This document shows positions 13,942-27,440 of a DNA stretch of 64,000 nucleotides, one piece after another. The translations under genes were made by a program, and so were the position numbers. Within the stretch, counting starts at the first letter, position 1, and each line of letters begins with the position of its first letter. The notes below the pieces were generated by a model. The model was not told the DNA's origin and did not search any database. It saw only the letters and a list, made by a program, of their open reading frames with translations. Source of the DNA: Lama glama (lineage: Eukaryota); assembly GCA_028534125.1 (NCBI GenBank), contig CM052817.1, positions 85,934,001-85,998,000 on the forward strand. The letters run 5' to 3'.

Positions 13942-14860
13942 TTTTATCTGCTTTATTGAAGTATAATTGACACATAAAATTGTACTAGGTTTGAAGTGTA
14001 CAGTGGGGACCTGATGTATGTATATATCGTGAAATGATTACCACAAGCAAGAGAATGCATCTATCACCTCTTTTTGCTCCCCCCTTTCTTCGTGAGCATG
14101 CCGATGATCTACTCTCTTAGCAAATCTTGAGTATACAATGTAGTACTATTATTTTGTATTGAAGTATAGTCATTCTACCATGTTGTGTCAGTTCCTGGTG
14201 TAGAGCATAATGCTTCAGTCATCCATATACATACGTATATTTGTTTTCATATTCTTTTTCATTATAGGTTACTACAAGATATTGAATATAGTTCCCTGTG
14301 CTATATAAGAAACTTGTTTATCTATTTTACATACAGTAGTTAGTATCTGCAAATCTTGAACTCTCAATTTACCCCTTCCTACCTGCTCTGGTAACCATTA
14401 ATTTGTTTTCTACATTGTAAGTCTGTTTCTGTTTTGTAAATAAGTTCACTTGGTCTTTTTTTTTTCTTTTTAGATTCCAGATATAAGTGATATCATATGG
14501 GATTTTTCTTTCTCTTTCTGGCTTACTTCACTAGAATGACAAAAGGAGATCATCAACAAAACAAAAAGACAACCTACAGAATGGGAGAAAATATCTACAA
14601 ATGATGCGACTGACAAGGGCTTAATTTCCAGAATCTATAAACAGCTCGTACAACTTAATAACAAACAAGCAAAAAACAACAACCCAATCCAAAAATGGGC
14701 AGAAGACCTAAGCAAGCAACTTTCCAATGAAGACATACAAATAGCCCACATGAAAAAGTGCTCAATATCACTAAGTATCAGAGAAATACAAATCAAAACT
14801 ACAATATGGTATTATTAACTATGATCACTGTGTTGTACATTAGATCCTTACAACTTGATA
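13942..14860 (-). mobile_element. L1MA9-like 3'UTR fragment split by a younger L1 insertion
   Basis: gctttattgaagtataattgac...atctactctcttagcaaatcttgagtatacaatgtagtactatt (to 14150) resumes as ...tattaactatgatcactgtgttgtacattagatcc (14813-14848). Confidence 0.85.
14152..14799 (-). mobile_element. Younger lineage-specific L1 with 5' inversion
   Basis: 14152-14540 is L1 3'UTR in antisense; 14541-14800 is L1 ORF2 in sense (aaaagacaacctacagaatgggagaaaatat...aaaaatgggcagaagacctaa); imperfect 18-bp TSD at 14134-14151 and 14800-14817. Confidence 0.88.
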
Positions 14861-15479
14861 CTATCTTTTAAATTATTTTTGATTTTGCTGAACCCCCTTC
14901 AGGATGAAATTTGATTACTGTTAGTTAATGTAGCTGTTAGACAAAGTGATGCCCATTATTGCCATTTAGTTGTTATGAGTCATCAAAGTATTTTTTTCCA
15001 AGTGTTATAATGACTTATCCAGTTAATTATTTTACATTTGCTCTCCATTTCTAGTTTCTAACTAATTTTCTCTTCTAGTATTAGTTTTTGTAATAATTAC
15101 TTTGGCCATTTTACAAGAAACTTTAATGCTTTTTTTAATCTAATACAAGACTGATGGGAAAACAAACTCTCTTGTGGATTGCCCTTTTAGTTATGCTCTC
15201 TTCCTAATTACTCATAACAAACTCTATTTTACGGGAGATAATAAATTAGCAGTTTTCTTGAAAGAATCACTTCTTACAAAATGAACACATTTGATATCCC
15301 TGTACTTATTTGATGGCAAAACTTACATTCAGTTGAGTTAAATTCAGACTTTTAACACTCCATTTAGATTTTATAAATGAATGGCTGTACAAAGCCTAAA
15401 GTATATTAGTTTGTTTTTATATATGTGTGTGTATATATATTTTTTTCTGTTGAAATAAAATTAAAATAAAAATGTTGTA

Positions 15480-18400
15480 AATATATAGCTAAATAAATTG
15501 TGAAAAAGTGAATCACTATACAATGAAGAAAAAGAGCTTTACCAGACTCTCAGAGCTCCAACTCATACCCACTCTCAATCAGAACCTCTTCTCTAGTCCT
15601 CCAAAGAAACTACTAAATTGACTTTGAATGGATATATTATCATTGTTTTTAAAGTTTATCTTTATATAAATGAAATTGTGAAGAATATTTCCTTTGGCTT
15701 TTTTCACTAAGTATTGTCTTTGTAATTCATATGTATAATAAATAATGCTGTCTTGACTCAGTCTTGAGGCCCTGGCTAGGGGTTGGTTAGGTCCTCTTAA
15801 TGATCTGTTGATTAAGTCCCTATCTTAAACACTTCCTTTGTCAGGCTCTCACACTCTGAGTCACTGTGCGTCAGCACTAACTAATTGCCCCAGGGTTAGG
15901 TACCGGACCACCAGGCACATCTACCAAGTGCCAGGGTCTGCTGAAATTATTCAAAATAGCCAGTCCACAGGAATTCCACAAAACCTAGCTAACCGCATCC
16001 CATTTCCCATACACATGCTGCCCCCTACAGCTTTAGTTTGCTGTTACCCTGGGTGCAAACCCTACCTGTCCCTGCTTGGCAGCTTTCTCTCATTTAGAGC
16101 TGTAAATAACAAAAAAAAAATGTCTGCCTTTCATTTATCCCAGTGATGCTGTTATGTCTCACTGTCAAAAAAGAATTTTTAGATCTTATAGAACAATAGT
16201 TATATGTCAATATAACTTACCCCTTCTTGTACAGTATTTAACTTTGGGAATGTGCTAAAAATCTACTTGTATTATAATATTGATGCATTTTTTTTTAATT
16301 TGGAGCAAATACAAATAACTTTACTAAGCACATTCTTGTACATTTGGGTGCATATGTGCATAAATTTCTGTGGCATATACCCACTAGTAAACTTGCAATA
16401 GCATATTACCTTTAATAGAAAATGCCAAACATTTCCCCAAGTGGGTTTTGATTGTCATTCAGATGAGAACAAAATGATAGTTGTTATTGCTTCATATCAG
16501 CATGTATTCAAAAGTTTATTAATTTTAGCAATTCTTAGGGGGTAGATGTTAGTATCTCATATTAGTTTTAATTTATGTTCCCCTGACAACAAATGCAATT
16601 GGACCACTTTTCATATTTTTTATTCAATTGGATATCATTCATAAAGCACCATTTCAAATCTGTCAATCATTTCTCTTGGGATTTTGTCTTTTTCTTATCA
16701 ATTAGGAGTTATTTTATATTAAAGATACAGCCCTCTGATGGATATATGTGTTACAACTATGTCCTTTCCTTCCATGGCTTACATTTTCATTCTCACATTT
16801 AGTAATGCACAAAAATTCTTCATTTTAATGTAGGCTAATACTTTTTTTTTGTTTAAAGCTTGTATTTTTTTGTCTCATCTAAAAAATATTTTTCTCCCCC
16901 AAGGTTCATTAAAACATTTTCACCTATCATCTGCTAGAAGCCTTATTATTTTAATTTTCACATTCAGATCTAAGAGCTACCAGAAATTGTTTTTTGTTTA
17001 TTATACTACACAAGGCAGAGGTTTAGGTTCTGCTTTTTCCTTCATGTTGAAACTCAAACCTAGCACTACTATTGAAACACCTTCTTCTCTCTATTTTCAT
17101 GCAATGCCATCATTGTCATAAAACAGGTGTCCATATGTGGATGGTTTATATTTCTGGACTCCCTGTTGGTCATGTTCATGTTGCTATCATAATGTTTCAG
17201 TACAGTAATTTAAATATGACTTGACATCCAATAACATGAGCACATCAGTGTTCTTACGCTTCACATTTCTGTTTATTGTCCTTGGCTATTTCTAGTTACC
17301 AAAAAATAAACAAATTATCTTGTCAATTTCTACAAAAATAACATTGGGATTTCTATAGAATTCTGGTCAATCAATAGATACATTTGGAAAGATTTCACAT
17401 TTTTACAATACTGAGTATTAAAATCAAATTGCTTATATTAAATATTTTATGTCTATTAAAGTAATCTTTTATATGGTTCAGTCATAGTTTCATTTATTTG
17501 GACCTTTAATTTCTCACACTGATGATTTATAGCTTTTTGTATAGACATCTCATACATTTCTTGTCTTATTGCACTAGCTACAGTTTCCAGGTCAAAAGTG
17601 AATAGAAGGGTTAACAGTGGCCATTCTAGTCCAGAAGCATTCACAAATTTTTGGCATTAATATGTTCTTTAGTGTAAGTTTTTCTATATGTCTCCTTTAT
17701 TAACTGGATGTTAAATATAATGCTCTTCTTCATGTTGAGGTGATCATTTTACTCTTTCTTCTTTGTTCTTCTAATTTGTTGAATTATATTAATTGATAGT
17801 AAATAACATGCATTCCTGGAACAAACTCAAGTTTTTGAGGGTGTGTTATTATTTTTATATAGGTAGATTGGTTTGCTACTATATTATTAAGAATTTTGTA
17901 TTGATATTCATGGTCTTGAGTGTTGTTTTGCATTGTTTTCCACAGTTGGTATCTATGTTATATTGGCCTCCTTAAACATTTTAAGAAATATTTCTATTTA
18001 TTTACTTATTATTCTGGATGACTGATTAAGACTGCTGTTATTTCTTTCTTAACATTTTAGGGAAAGACATTAGCTCTAGTGACACAGTTTGAACTTCATT
18101 TATGAAATTTTCTTTGTGAGGAGAATGGATTTTAACTTTAACTTTAAATTTCTTTGGTAGTTATAGGATACTTCACATTTCCTATATTTTTCTCTGTCAG
18201 TTGTGATAAATTATTTTGTCCAGGATTTGATAAATACATCCATTTCATCAAAAATGTGAAGTTTATCAGCAGAAAGGCTGTCTCATTATCTTTTTACTGT
18301 ATAGAGCATTTGTAACTATGTCCTTTTTACTCATGATATTGGTCTATGTTCAATCTCTCTTCTTTTCCTTGACTAAATTTCTTATTTCTTTTATCAATTT

Positions 18401-18520
18401 TAATGATGCTTTAAAATTATTTTTAAACTATTCTATACATTCTATAGCATGTATTTTCTATTTCATTAATTTCCACTTTCAACTTTATAGCCTTAGGTCA
18501 CTCTTTCACCTAGGTAAATA
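15480..18520 (-). mobile_element. Highly decayed ancient L1 (3'UTR to ORF2), interrupted by the LTR at 15732-16195
   Basis: Antisense ORF2 motifs: tagtatctcatattagttttaatttatgttccc; ttcacattcagatctaag; gcactagctacagtttccaggtcaaaagtgaatag; ttaagaattttgtattgatattcatgg. Confidence 0.8.
15732..16195 (+). mobile_element. ERVL-class solo LTR (MER54/MER73/MER74-like) inserted in an old L1
   Basis: TG...CA bounded, GC-richer island (tgtataata...tagaaca) containing ggtaccggaccaccagg and ctgctgaaattattcaaaatagccagtcc; TSD not resolved. Confidence 0.65.
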
Positions 18521-18599
18521 ATACAGCTCTTAAAGTTTCTCTCTCTCTCTCTTTCCTCTCTTTTCTCTCTCTCCAAAATTTCTCATTTGCCTTCTTAAG

Positions 18600-19130
18600 T
18601 TCTTAAGTTCATCACCCACACTATTTTCAAAGTGCATTTTTAAATAAAAATTAATCATGCATGTCTTACTCTGTTCAAAATATTTTAATAGCTATTTATT
18701 GTTTGTGGAATCTTAGTATGATATAGGGGACTTTGAACTATGCCTTAACTGTTTGATACTCTGATATAATTTTTGTTGTCCAGCTACTTAACATTAGTTA
18801 CTTAACTCATTACTTAGTATTATTTTATATGTTTTGTTATCTTTACAGGTCTGAAAACCACTTTATTCTGGCTTGGTCTAGTACATGTTCTATTAGTTTG
18901 TCCTAGTCTTCTCTTACTTCTTCAGACTGAAGGTGTATCTTGTACCATGCCTTGTAACGTTCTATGGATACATATAATTTTAGTATTCATATACTGTGTT
19001 AGAATTCTTGATTTTCTTTTCTGAATTTCCCACCGGGTGCTAAATTAAATCTATCTCTAACCCTAGCTTTTAACAAAAAGCCTGAGAGATAGGGCATGCC
19101 TCTAAATATGCTCAGTAACTTAATAAACAA
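18600..19130 (+). mobile_element. L2 3' fragment
   Basis: aatcatgcatgtcttactctgttcaaaa...tctatctctaaccctagctttaacaaaaagcctgagagatagggcatgcctctaaatatgctcagtaact resembles the L2 3' end. Confidence 0.5.
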
Positions 19131-22100
19131 GTGCATCTCTCCAGAATTAGAATACAGAGAAAATACAGGCATTACATGTTTTATATGACTTTTAAAACAG
19201 TGTGGAAATTACAAACTTTCTAATTGCTTTTTTGTAGGTTTAATTTTAAGTTAACTATTTCCTGAGGACATATAAAACTGTACTTTAATACACAGAGTAC
19301 CCAATCCTTAAAATATAATGCTTTTATACATTTATGTATTTATTTTTATGAAAGATTTCACTTACTGGTAGAGTCCAGCCATACAGAGATTTTAAAATAT
19401 CTTCCTCTTTATTGCTTATTTTAATTGTACATATTCAAAAGAGGGCCTTATGATCTGTCAACTTTTTAGGGTAAATACAGATCCCTAACTATCTACAGAC
19501 ATTGTGATTTATAATGAAGAGTTGATTATCCTATTCAAAAGGCTCAATTCACCAGAGATTGATTATGCTAGACTTAAAACTATAATGTGGATAATAGGAA
19601 ACCACAGTCACTGAAAATCCTAACCAAAATATACCTAAGGTTTTCAATAATAATTTTACTCACAAATCAGACTCTTGATTGACCAAGAACACAATAAAAT
19701 ATGATATGAATTAGACTGATTCAATTTAGACATTTATTTACCATGAATTGTTTTTCTGGTTTATGTACACATGTATATGTATGTGTGTGTGTATATATAT
19801 ATATATATTTTTTACTTGAAGATCTAAATCATCTTTTTTTTTTTGAATTACCACCCATATTTCAGATAAACACATCCAGGAATCAAGGTCTTTTTTTGTT
19901 AACTGAAACTGCAATTATGTCATGCTCAATTTTGTGCAAAAAAGCTTCTTTTTAAGTGCATTGTCCTATTATCTACATGCTCCATTACAGACTGAATGTT
20001 ATGTCCCATCACAACAGCAACCATAATTCATTCAACCTGCTTTTACTTTTTTTCATTACAAATAGCATGCATATTTTTCCCTTCTCACTCTCCATTTCAT
20101 TTTTATTCCAATATTATGACACTAAAAAATCAATAATATTCTAGACTTAAATCAAAAGCTTTATTTTTAAAAGTAGGTTTTACAATGGCTCTTTTATTTT
20201 TGAATTTAATTCCATTTCTACTTTCTCTTATAATAAAAGACAGAGACAGAGAATAGATTATTCTTTATTAAAGACTTCAGTAATGGTGTTTAAAAAGTGC
20301 ACAGATGTTAAAAATAATATTAAAAAAATAAGAATATGCATTTCTGCTGTGTATCAGTACGCTACTGAAATCAAGATCCTTTGTCATTTTTTACCCTTCT
20401 CTCAAAATGGTGTGGTTTCTTCCGCAACCAATTCTGGAAAAAAATGTTTGATGCCACCTCTCTCAGATCATATCATTTTATTTTTGCCCTACATTAATCA
20501 TATAATCTCAAAAACTAAATATCTAGCTAGCTTCTCTACCCTATAGATAAATAGAATATTACTGTAATTTTGTTTTTTCTATTACTTCAAAGAAGACAGC
20601 TTAGATTAATAAATTATAAATTAAACTAAAATCATTACTGGAACCATTTGGTAACAATAATTTGACCAGTTATCTACTCACACTTGGGTATCATATTAAC
20701 TTATGTGAACCTCACCATGGCCAATGTTAGTTTAATATTTCAAAGTCCTAAAATGTCATTGTTAAGTTAAAGTAGTTAAATGTTCCACTTGCTTTTATTA
20801 ATATATTATATTTTATATTTTGCTGATTCATACTTTGATGTTGTTAGCAGAGTATAATAGAAAGGTGTTGAACTTAGAAGTCAATGTTAATGCAAAGTTC
20901 TACTTACTAAGACTTTTTTTTTATGGCAAGTCACTTTTATTGTTGTTGTTGTTTCTAGTCTAGAGCTTACTGATGTTTGTTTGTTCGTTTTACTGTAACA
21001 GTTGATTTAATATTTGGAGATACCAAGAACTTCAGGGATTCTTGTCTACATAGACAAATTGAACAAATGCCTTCTAAAAATCACCCAGAACCTACCGATC
21101 TAGGCTCAGCTAAGATACCTTCTAGGGTACCTGCATTATACAGAAGTCTAATATTTAGCTTACTCACATCTTAGTTTGCCTCAGTGTTAGAGTTTGGATT
21201 CTAAATCTGATATTGACATCTCCAACATCCTGAGAACCTGAAATAGATTAAAGTACAAGTGGCAGAATACAGAAATCTAGGAAATCAAAACGTTAACAAT
21301 CAAAATGAAAAAGAAAGTGTTTCTCAGGCGAGTTTTTTTTTCATTTTGTTAGTTTAGATAAATAAGGAATTGGAGAAATATATATGTAATGTCTGTGTAT
21401 CAAGTAAGTGAAAAAAAATGATAAAAATAGTTAATACACATCCACTTTTGGGGAGAAAAAAGCATGCATTTTTAAGGTTTTAAAGTATTTGGGAACTCTT
21501 GGTTACTTTCCCTGCATGTGCCACATAAGGATTTGTAAGACAGTCTAGGATTCCCCTAAAATCTCTCAGTCAACTTGACTTACTGAGCTATTGCTACGTC
21601 ACTCCTCAGATATCATAATGGATGTACAACTTCTACAGGAGGCTCAGAGTAGACAAAGACTACACTGTGAGAAGTGAACCATAAGGGTTCTAGTGCTCTG
21701 AGATAACTCTAAACTTGTATGGGATTTCTACTTTCTAACTTCTTTTAGCATTCTGACTCTTAGAATCTACAAAGGATTTATTCTATCGTTCATCTCTCCC
21801 ACTCTAAAGATTTTCCTGTCACATCTTTCTATCTCCCCTCCAGGTAGCCAGGAGAAAAAAATAAAAGCATCTCTTAAATTATTCTGCATTTTCTCTCCCA
21901 AGTTGCATGTGATATAAGCACTAAGCAGAGTATATCTGACAATTAATATTTTTAGATTTCAAAAATATTTCCCCTTTCAAAAAGCCTGGTTCTTTTAATG
22001 GAAAACTTTGACTTTAAATCTATGATTTGCTTTTTAAAGAATCTGTCTAATTGGTTTCATCTTTTTCTGGCTAATTTGTGTCTTCTCTTAGTTGGAACAA

Positions 22101-22399
22101 TAAAACTTAGACTCAAGATCTAATTTTAGAGATCAGGACACACAAAGTAACAATTGAAAAAAAGAACCCTACAGATAAAAAGAAATCACTTTGAATAATA
22201 AATACATCATAAATATTCCAAGTATTATCATGGGTAAAAAATTAGGATCATGTAATTTCTTTGCATAATATCCAACACTGATTTTTCCTTACTTAGGAAA
22301 ATAAAGTTAGTATTTCTTCAACTCGTATACAAATTCCTTAAGTTTTCTCTGATTCTCTGCTTCTCTCTTTAGGATTCTCTGTAGTCACCCTTTCCCTAA

Positions 22400-22830
22400 T
22401 CCTCACTGATAGGTCTCATTCCCAAGACTGATAAAATTGTATACAGTTCCAGAAAATAGCAAGTTATTGCAAACGTTTGACTCTAACATTTGTATTTCCC
22501 TTCTTCCTAAACTACATCTACAATCTTCCACACCATCCCAAGCTCTCTTTTCCATTAACACTTGTTCATCTTTGAAAACTCAAAGCCATTTTAATCTCTT
22601 CAGGAAAACCTTCACTACTTTCCCTAAATAAAATGGACTATTTTCCTTTTTATTCACAAATTATCACCTGCATATGTCTATTTTCAGTTAATAAAACATT
22701 TTGAATATTCACATGCATAAATCCCTCTTCCAGGCAATAATAACTCTGAGGCTGGGAGAACATTCTATTTGGTATTGTAGTAATAAGACAAAGCTTAACA
22801 TAGGTATGCTATATACATATGTAAATGTAT
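22400..22830 (+). mobile_element. L2 3' fragment
   Basis: cttgttcatctttgaaaactcaaagccattttaatctcttcaggaaaaccttcactacttt...aagcttaacataggtatgctata. Confidence 0.5.
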
Positions 22831-23952
22831 GCTAAATTCAAAAGCTAAATGACGTCCCTTGATTAGTAAGCTTTGTTTCTTTTTTTTTTAATTAAAGCTA
22901 GAAACATTTGTTAGAAAATTAGGGTTATTATTTTATTATATATTTTAATATTAATTCACATGAAACTCAAGATGGTGATAAGAGTAAGTGAATATAGGAA
23001 AAGAAATCCACCATTAAATGGAATTAATTTATTTAACTCTTTGATTGAATGTTAAAAATGCAACTCCTATGGGATTTTTCTTAAAAGAAATGTAATTACT
23101 GATTATAATAGGAAAGATCAGAAGATGAGGGCATATTTAACAATTGCATACAAATTGCTTCATTGCGTTCATGTTCTGAAAAGGTTTCTTAAGAATCTTA
23201 ACATCACTGTATTTATTGTTCATTGAAAACTTCCTATACTTTCTTGGCCCAAAATGCAATATGTTATTTTTATAGAAAACTAATACCTGAGATTTCTGAT
23301 AATCTCCAACTGGAGGCAAAACTATAATTAGAAATATGTAGGCACAGTATCAAAGTACCTAGGCTTATATGGCTCAGAATTCTCAGATCTCTAAGGCATT
23401 ATGGATTCTAATTACCTTCTCATTGTTCATTCTTCTTAATATGCACTCTCTATATCTCTTCTCCAACCCTTCTCTTCTTTTCCTCATCTTTTTCTTTATT
23501 TTTAGCCAGGCTTAAAATCCTTGTGGGAAAACTTTTAGGGGAATATAAAATGATAGGATGGACTCTGAAAATATCAACAAGAAAGACTAAAAAGATCTGA
23601 TGCCTGAAAGGTCAGCCTTGATTGTTGACTGAAAATGAATCACGGTCAGGGATATTATCTCAGAACTATGTAATATTAAGTGTAAAAAATCAGCTACAAA
23701 TGAATCAAGGAAATAAAAATAATGGTGAAACTAGTTAGTATATATTTATTTTTTGAAATTAAATGCTCATCTAAATTGAGCCATCTAAATTATGTGGTTG
23801 GTATAAAAAAGCTGTTGTTTTTAGTGTATTTAAATGTTTTTTGTATTATTTAATCACTTTATCAAATTTTTTCTTCCGTTTGCATGTTCAATATTAATGC
23901 TGCCACAACTTTCCTTCATTCAATTTCCGTCGCTTTTTTTATTTTATATATC

Positions 23953-24472
23953 TGTTGACCGAAAAAATGCACAACCTAAAAGCTGAGAATTGTGTTTTAT
24001 TCAGCTGGTTTTCTGAGGACTTCAAGCCCAGTAGGCAGCCTCTCAGATAACTCTGAGCGCCTGCTCCAAAGAGGTAAGGGAGGATCCAGGATATATAGGA
24101 GTTTTGCAACTAGGCAGTTGGAACATCAAAAGATTACTGTTAATCAAAGAAAATCAGGTATCTCAAGTTAATGAATTTATCACTTTTCTATGTATGGAAA
24201 GATTCAAGAGTCTGGACTCACTGGAATTATTCCTTTGATATGCACCCTAGCTATCTAGGGCCAGTATCCTGTTCTTTCCCCTCCTGAGTCCCCTACAGGT
24301 GCACCACTGGGGGTGCCTGCAGTGGCTCAGGGCTTGGCAGCCGGCAGCCCCTTTGTCTCCATCCTGAGTTCCCTCAGGGCTCACTGCTGGGGGTGTCCGT
24401 AGTAGCCTGAAGGTTGCAGCATCCTTTGTTTGCTAATACAGTGGGCAATTGTTTAAAAACTTATAACTAACA
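23953..24472 (-). mobile_element. ERV1 solo LTR, MER41-related
   Basis: TG...CA bounded; caagttaatgaatttatcacttttctatgtatggaaagattcaagagtctggactcactggaattattcctttgatatgcaccctagctatctagggccagtatcctg is MER41-family text; TSD not clean. Confidence 0.85.
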
Positions 24473-26719
24473 TCACCAGCCATGTCAAATAGCCCTTTGT
24501 CCTAAGGGTCTACCTGTGGAAGTGGGGTATGTGACTTGTGAATACAGACAATATTTTCACAGAGCCATAAATTTGTGACCACTGCTTTGAAAAAATAAAA
24601 AAACCTTTTCTTCATCATTTTAACTTAATGTCACTAGGATGGACTGCTCCATGGGGAGAACCTATAGCTCATAACTTTATTAAAAACTGATTCTCTAAAA
24701 ATGTCCATAGATGAAAGTGACCACTTTTATACCAACTTCAAGGCTTTAAATAGATACTCAGAAAGACTGTGAATGGCTTGGAAGGCTGACTGCAGGGTGT
24801 GGGAAAGTACCTTAAGAATGACAAAATGGAAGTGGAAATAAGGCGTTTGGGAAAGAAAGAAAGCTTCCAGTTTCCTGCCAGTTCCTATAATTCTCTATAT
24901 AATGACTTTTTTGCATTGTCCTTCATTTCTATCTTCTTAGAGATTCTAGTCCATAAGGAGGACTCACTCCTAAATCTTCTGAGCACACGCAGGTGGTATT
25001 TGAAAGAAATGCATGCTCATTTCTCAGAAATGACTTTCTTAGATTTATCCATCATTTTAATTTTTAAAAACATAATGTGCTAATACATTATATATATATA
25101 TATATGGGTATCTATATATATGTAAACCATTTATGTTGATATAGAGAATTCATACATGAAGGAAAACGGAGAACAAAAGAAGAGTTACATCATAACATTA
25201 ATCTGTCACATATAAAGATAAAGCATGTATGAAACAAAGGCAGCATCTTTTCTGTGCCTAATGCAGCAGTAAGAATGGCTTATACAACAGGCAGATATCA
25301 TGACGGGATCAGAGAAACGAAGTAAGAAGGAAAACAAAGCAGTTCTTAGGTTGTGACCCAACCTTTTGTATTTGCTTTAAGAGTCTTTCAATGTAAAATG
25401 TTCACCTCCAGTAGAATTGGTGATTTTATGTTCTGTTAAAAATGATTTTAGCCACTGAATATGTTATCTAAGAAATAGGACTGAAAAAAAGGAAAAAGGG
25501 TTCCTAGCCTTATCCCTTCAACTGGGTTTGTCGAGCTTGATTTATTTGCTCCCATTCCCATGGTTGCATCTGTTAAAAAGAAATGGTAGTTTGTGTCCAA
25601 AATTGTAATATGCTATTAGCACTTGAGAAATACTAAACAAATAATAATTATAAATTTTTAATGCTACTAATGAGAACTACATGATATAAAGTTGTGGTTA
25701 TTGTGTGTTACCCCTGAAAATCCATGAATAACTTATTAGAATAATTTGTTTAGAAAAAATGTTTTTTGAAAGTAAAGTTTCTATGTTCAAAATAATTCTC
25801 CAGTAGATTGCTGGGTTTAAGAAATTAAAACATATTTCTGTGCTTGGAATATTGTAAGTGAAATGAGAGGAAAAAAAAAACTGTGACTCCCTTGAAAAGA
25901 GACACATTGACATTGTTATTGGTTTACCTGCGGCCAAGAAAACCTGAATAAGTATTGTTGTATTTAAAGAATTTTAGAAATAAAGTATTTATAAATTTTA
26001 ATGCAGAACTCACCAAATACTCATGTTTTAATTACAATAAATTTGTCATCACATGGGGCCACCTATTATGATTTTATGAATTGTTTATCTAACATTGGTC
26101 CACCTCCCTCCATGGCCTTTTTTTTTTTCATCTGTAAGCAAACATTTATTTTGTAGGCAAGAATAACTTTGACAAAGATGAAGAAAGCTTTGAAACACCT
26201 CGATGAGACACATGTTATTAGAACATCTCATTGAACTCTTTCTTATATAACATCTTCATGCTTTAGATCATTATAAGAAGTTTCTCCCATAGGGTTAAAA
26301 TAAAATTCTGAAGAACTTTCTGGAAACTTGTATCTAAAATGTTGAATTATTGAGGGTAAATACACTTAGATAGAAATGAGGAAGTATTTTTTTTTCTCCA
26401 AAGAGTAGTTTAAAGAAAACAAAACCAAACAAACCTCTGCATATTTGTAAGAATCAGAAATATTATTCTTTTTATTCTGGAATTCCCTCATACGTCCAGA
26501 TCCTTTCCTTATTTATCTCTAAACTTTATGACTAAGCTCCCATTCATAAAAGGGCTTCTCCACTATTGCCTATTCATGGAATCCATCACTGTTTACTCCC
26601 AGAACTGGCCGAACTGGTGTTCACAAACTTCGTGGGGGCCTATTCCTGTACTATGTCCATTTGTTTATTTTTTTAAATTTGTTTATTTTTAAAGATAGTT
26701 AATTTTTTTTCCTTTTTTC

Positions 26720-26854
26720 AGTTTTTTTTTTCTTTTAGGGATGTTGGTAATTAGGTTTATTTATTCATTTATTTTTAGAGAAGGTTCTGGGGATTGAACC
26801 CAGGACCTCATGCATGTGAAGCAAGCACTCTACCCCTTGATCTATACCTTCCCC
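26720..26854 (-). mobile_element. tRNA-Ala-derived SINE (vic-1-like)
   Basis: Minus strand reads ggggaaggtatagatcaaggggtagagtgcttgcttcacatgcatgaggtcctgggttcaatccccag (A box and B box) followed by an A-rich tail. Confidence 0.88.
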
Positions 26855-26949
26855 TTGAGCTGAGCTGTACTCTCCCATTTTTTTAGATATAACAGTTTTT
26901 ACAGCCACTTTTAATGCAGTAAAACAGCATTTATTTAGAAACTAGTTTT

Positions 26950-27440
26950 TATCAGAGTCCAGCAAGGAAAACACAATTATTAATGGCTATTTCAAACAGA
27001 AACATGAAAGCTGTTTAAAAAGCGTTGACTAGAATTTCCGTGGTGATCATTTTGCACTGTATGTAAATATCATGTATACCTGAAACTAGTATAATGTTAT
27101 ATACCAATTATATCTCAATAATAATAATAATAAGTGTTGAAAGGAATGAATGAGCAAAAGGGAGCTAAGAGAAGTAAGGCAGGGAATAGGAGTAGTTAAG
27201 TCAAATTCAGAATCTTTGGTTCTGTGGATTAGTGTGCTCTCACTGAGAGTGTTGTAACTTCCAAGCAAGTACCTTCTCCTGGGGCTGGAACGTCGTAAGA
27301 GGCTTAGGAACATCAGAAACTGCTAGAGCCTTCTCATGGACCAAAGCCTCCCATCAGCATATCCCAATTCAAACCCAGCCGGGAAAGGTACTTAAAATAT
27401 CGCAAGCTTCAGCAGCACTATGTGAAAAAAGACGCAAGTC
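26950..27440 (-). mobile_element. Old MaLR/ERVL LTR remnant, interrupted by an L1 tail
   Basis: atcagagtccagcaaggaaaacacaattattaatggctatttcaaacaga...gcctcccatcagcatatcccaattcaaacccagccgggaaagg. Confidence 0.45.
27029..27131 (+). mobile_element. Short L1 3' tail with TSD
   Basis: gtggtgatcattttgcactgtatgtaaatatc...tacctgaaactagtataatgttatataccaattatatctcaat(aat)n; flanks aagcgttga and aagtgttga. Confidence 0.8.

Noticed and set aside
26117..26150. Processed-pseudogene 3' end (minus strand AATAAA, 16 nt, then an A-tract)
   Set aside because: No matching TSD and no recognisable coding sequence upstream; compatible with chance in AT-rich DNA. A BLAST against mRNA 3'UTRs would settle it.
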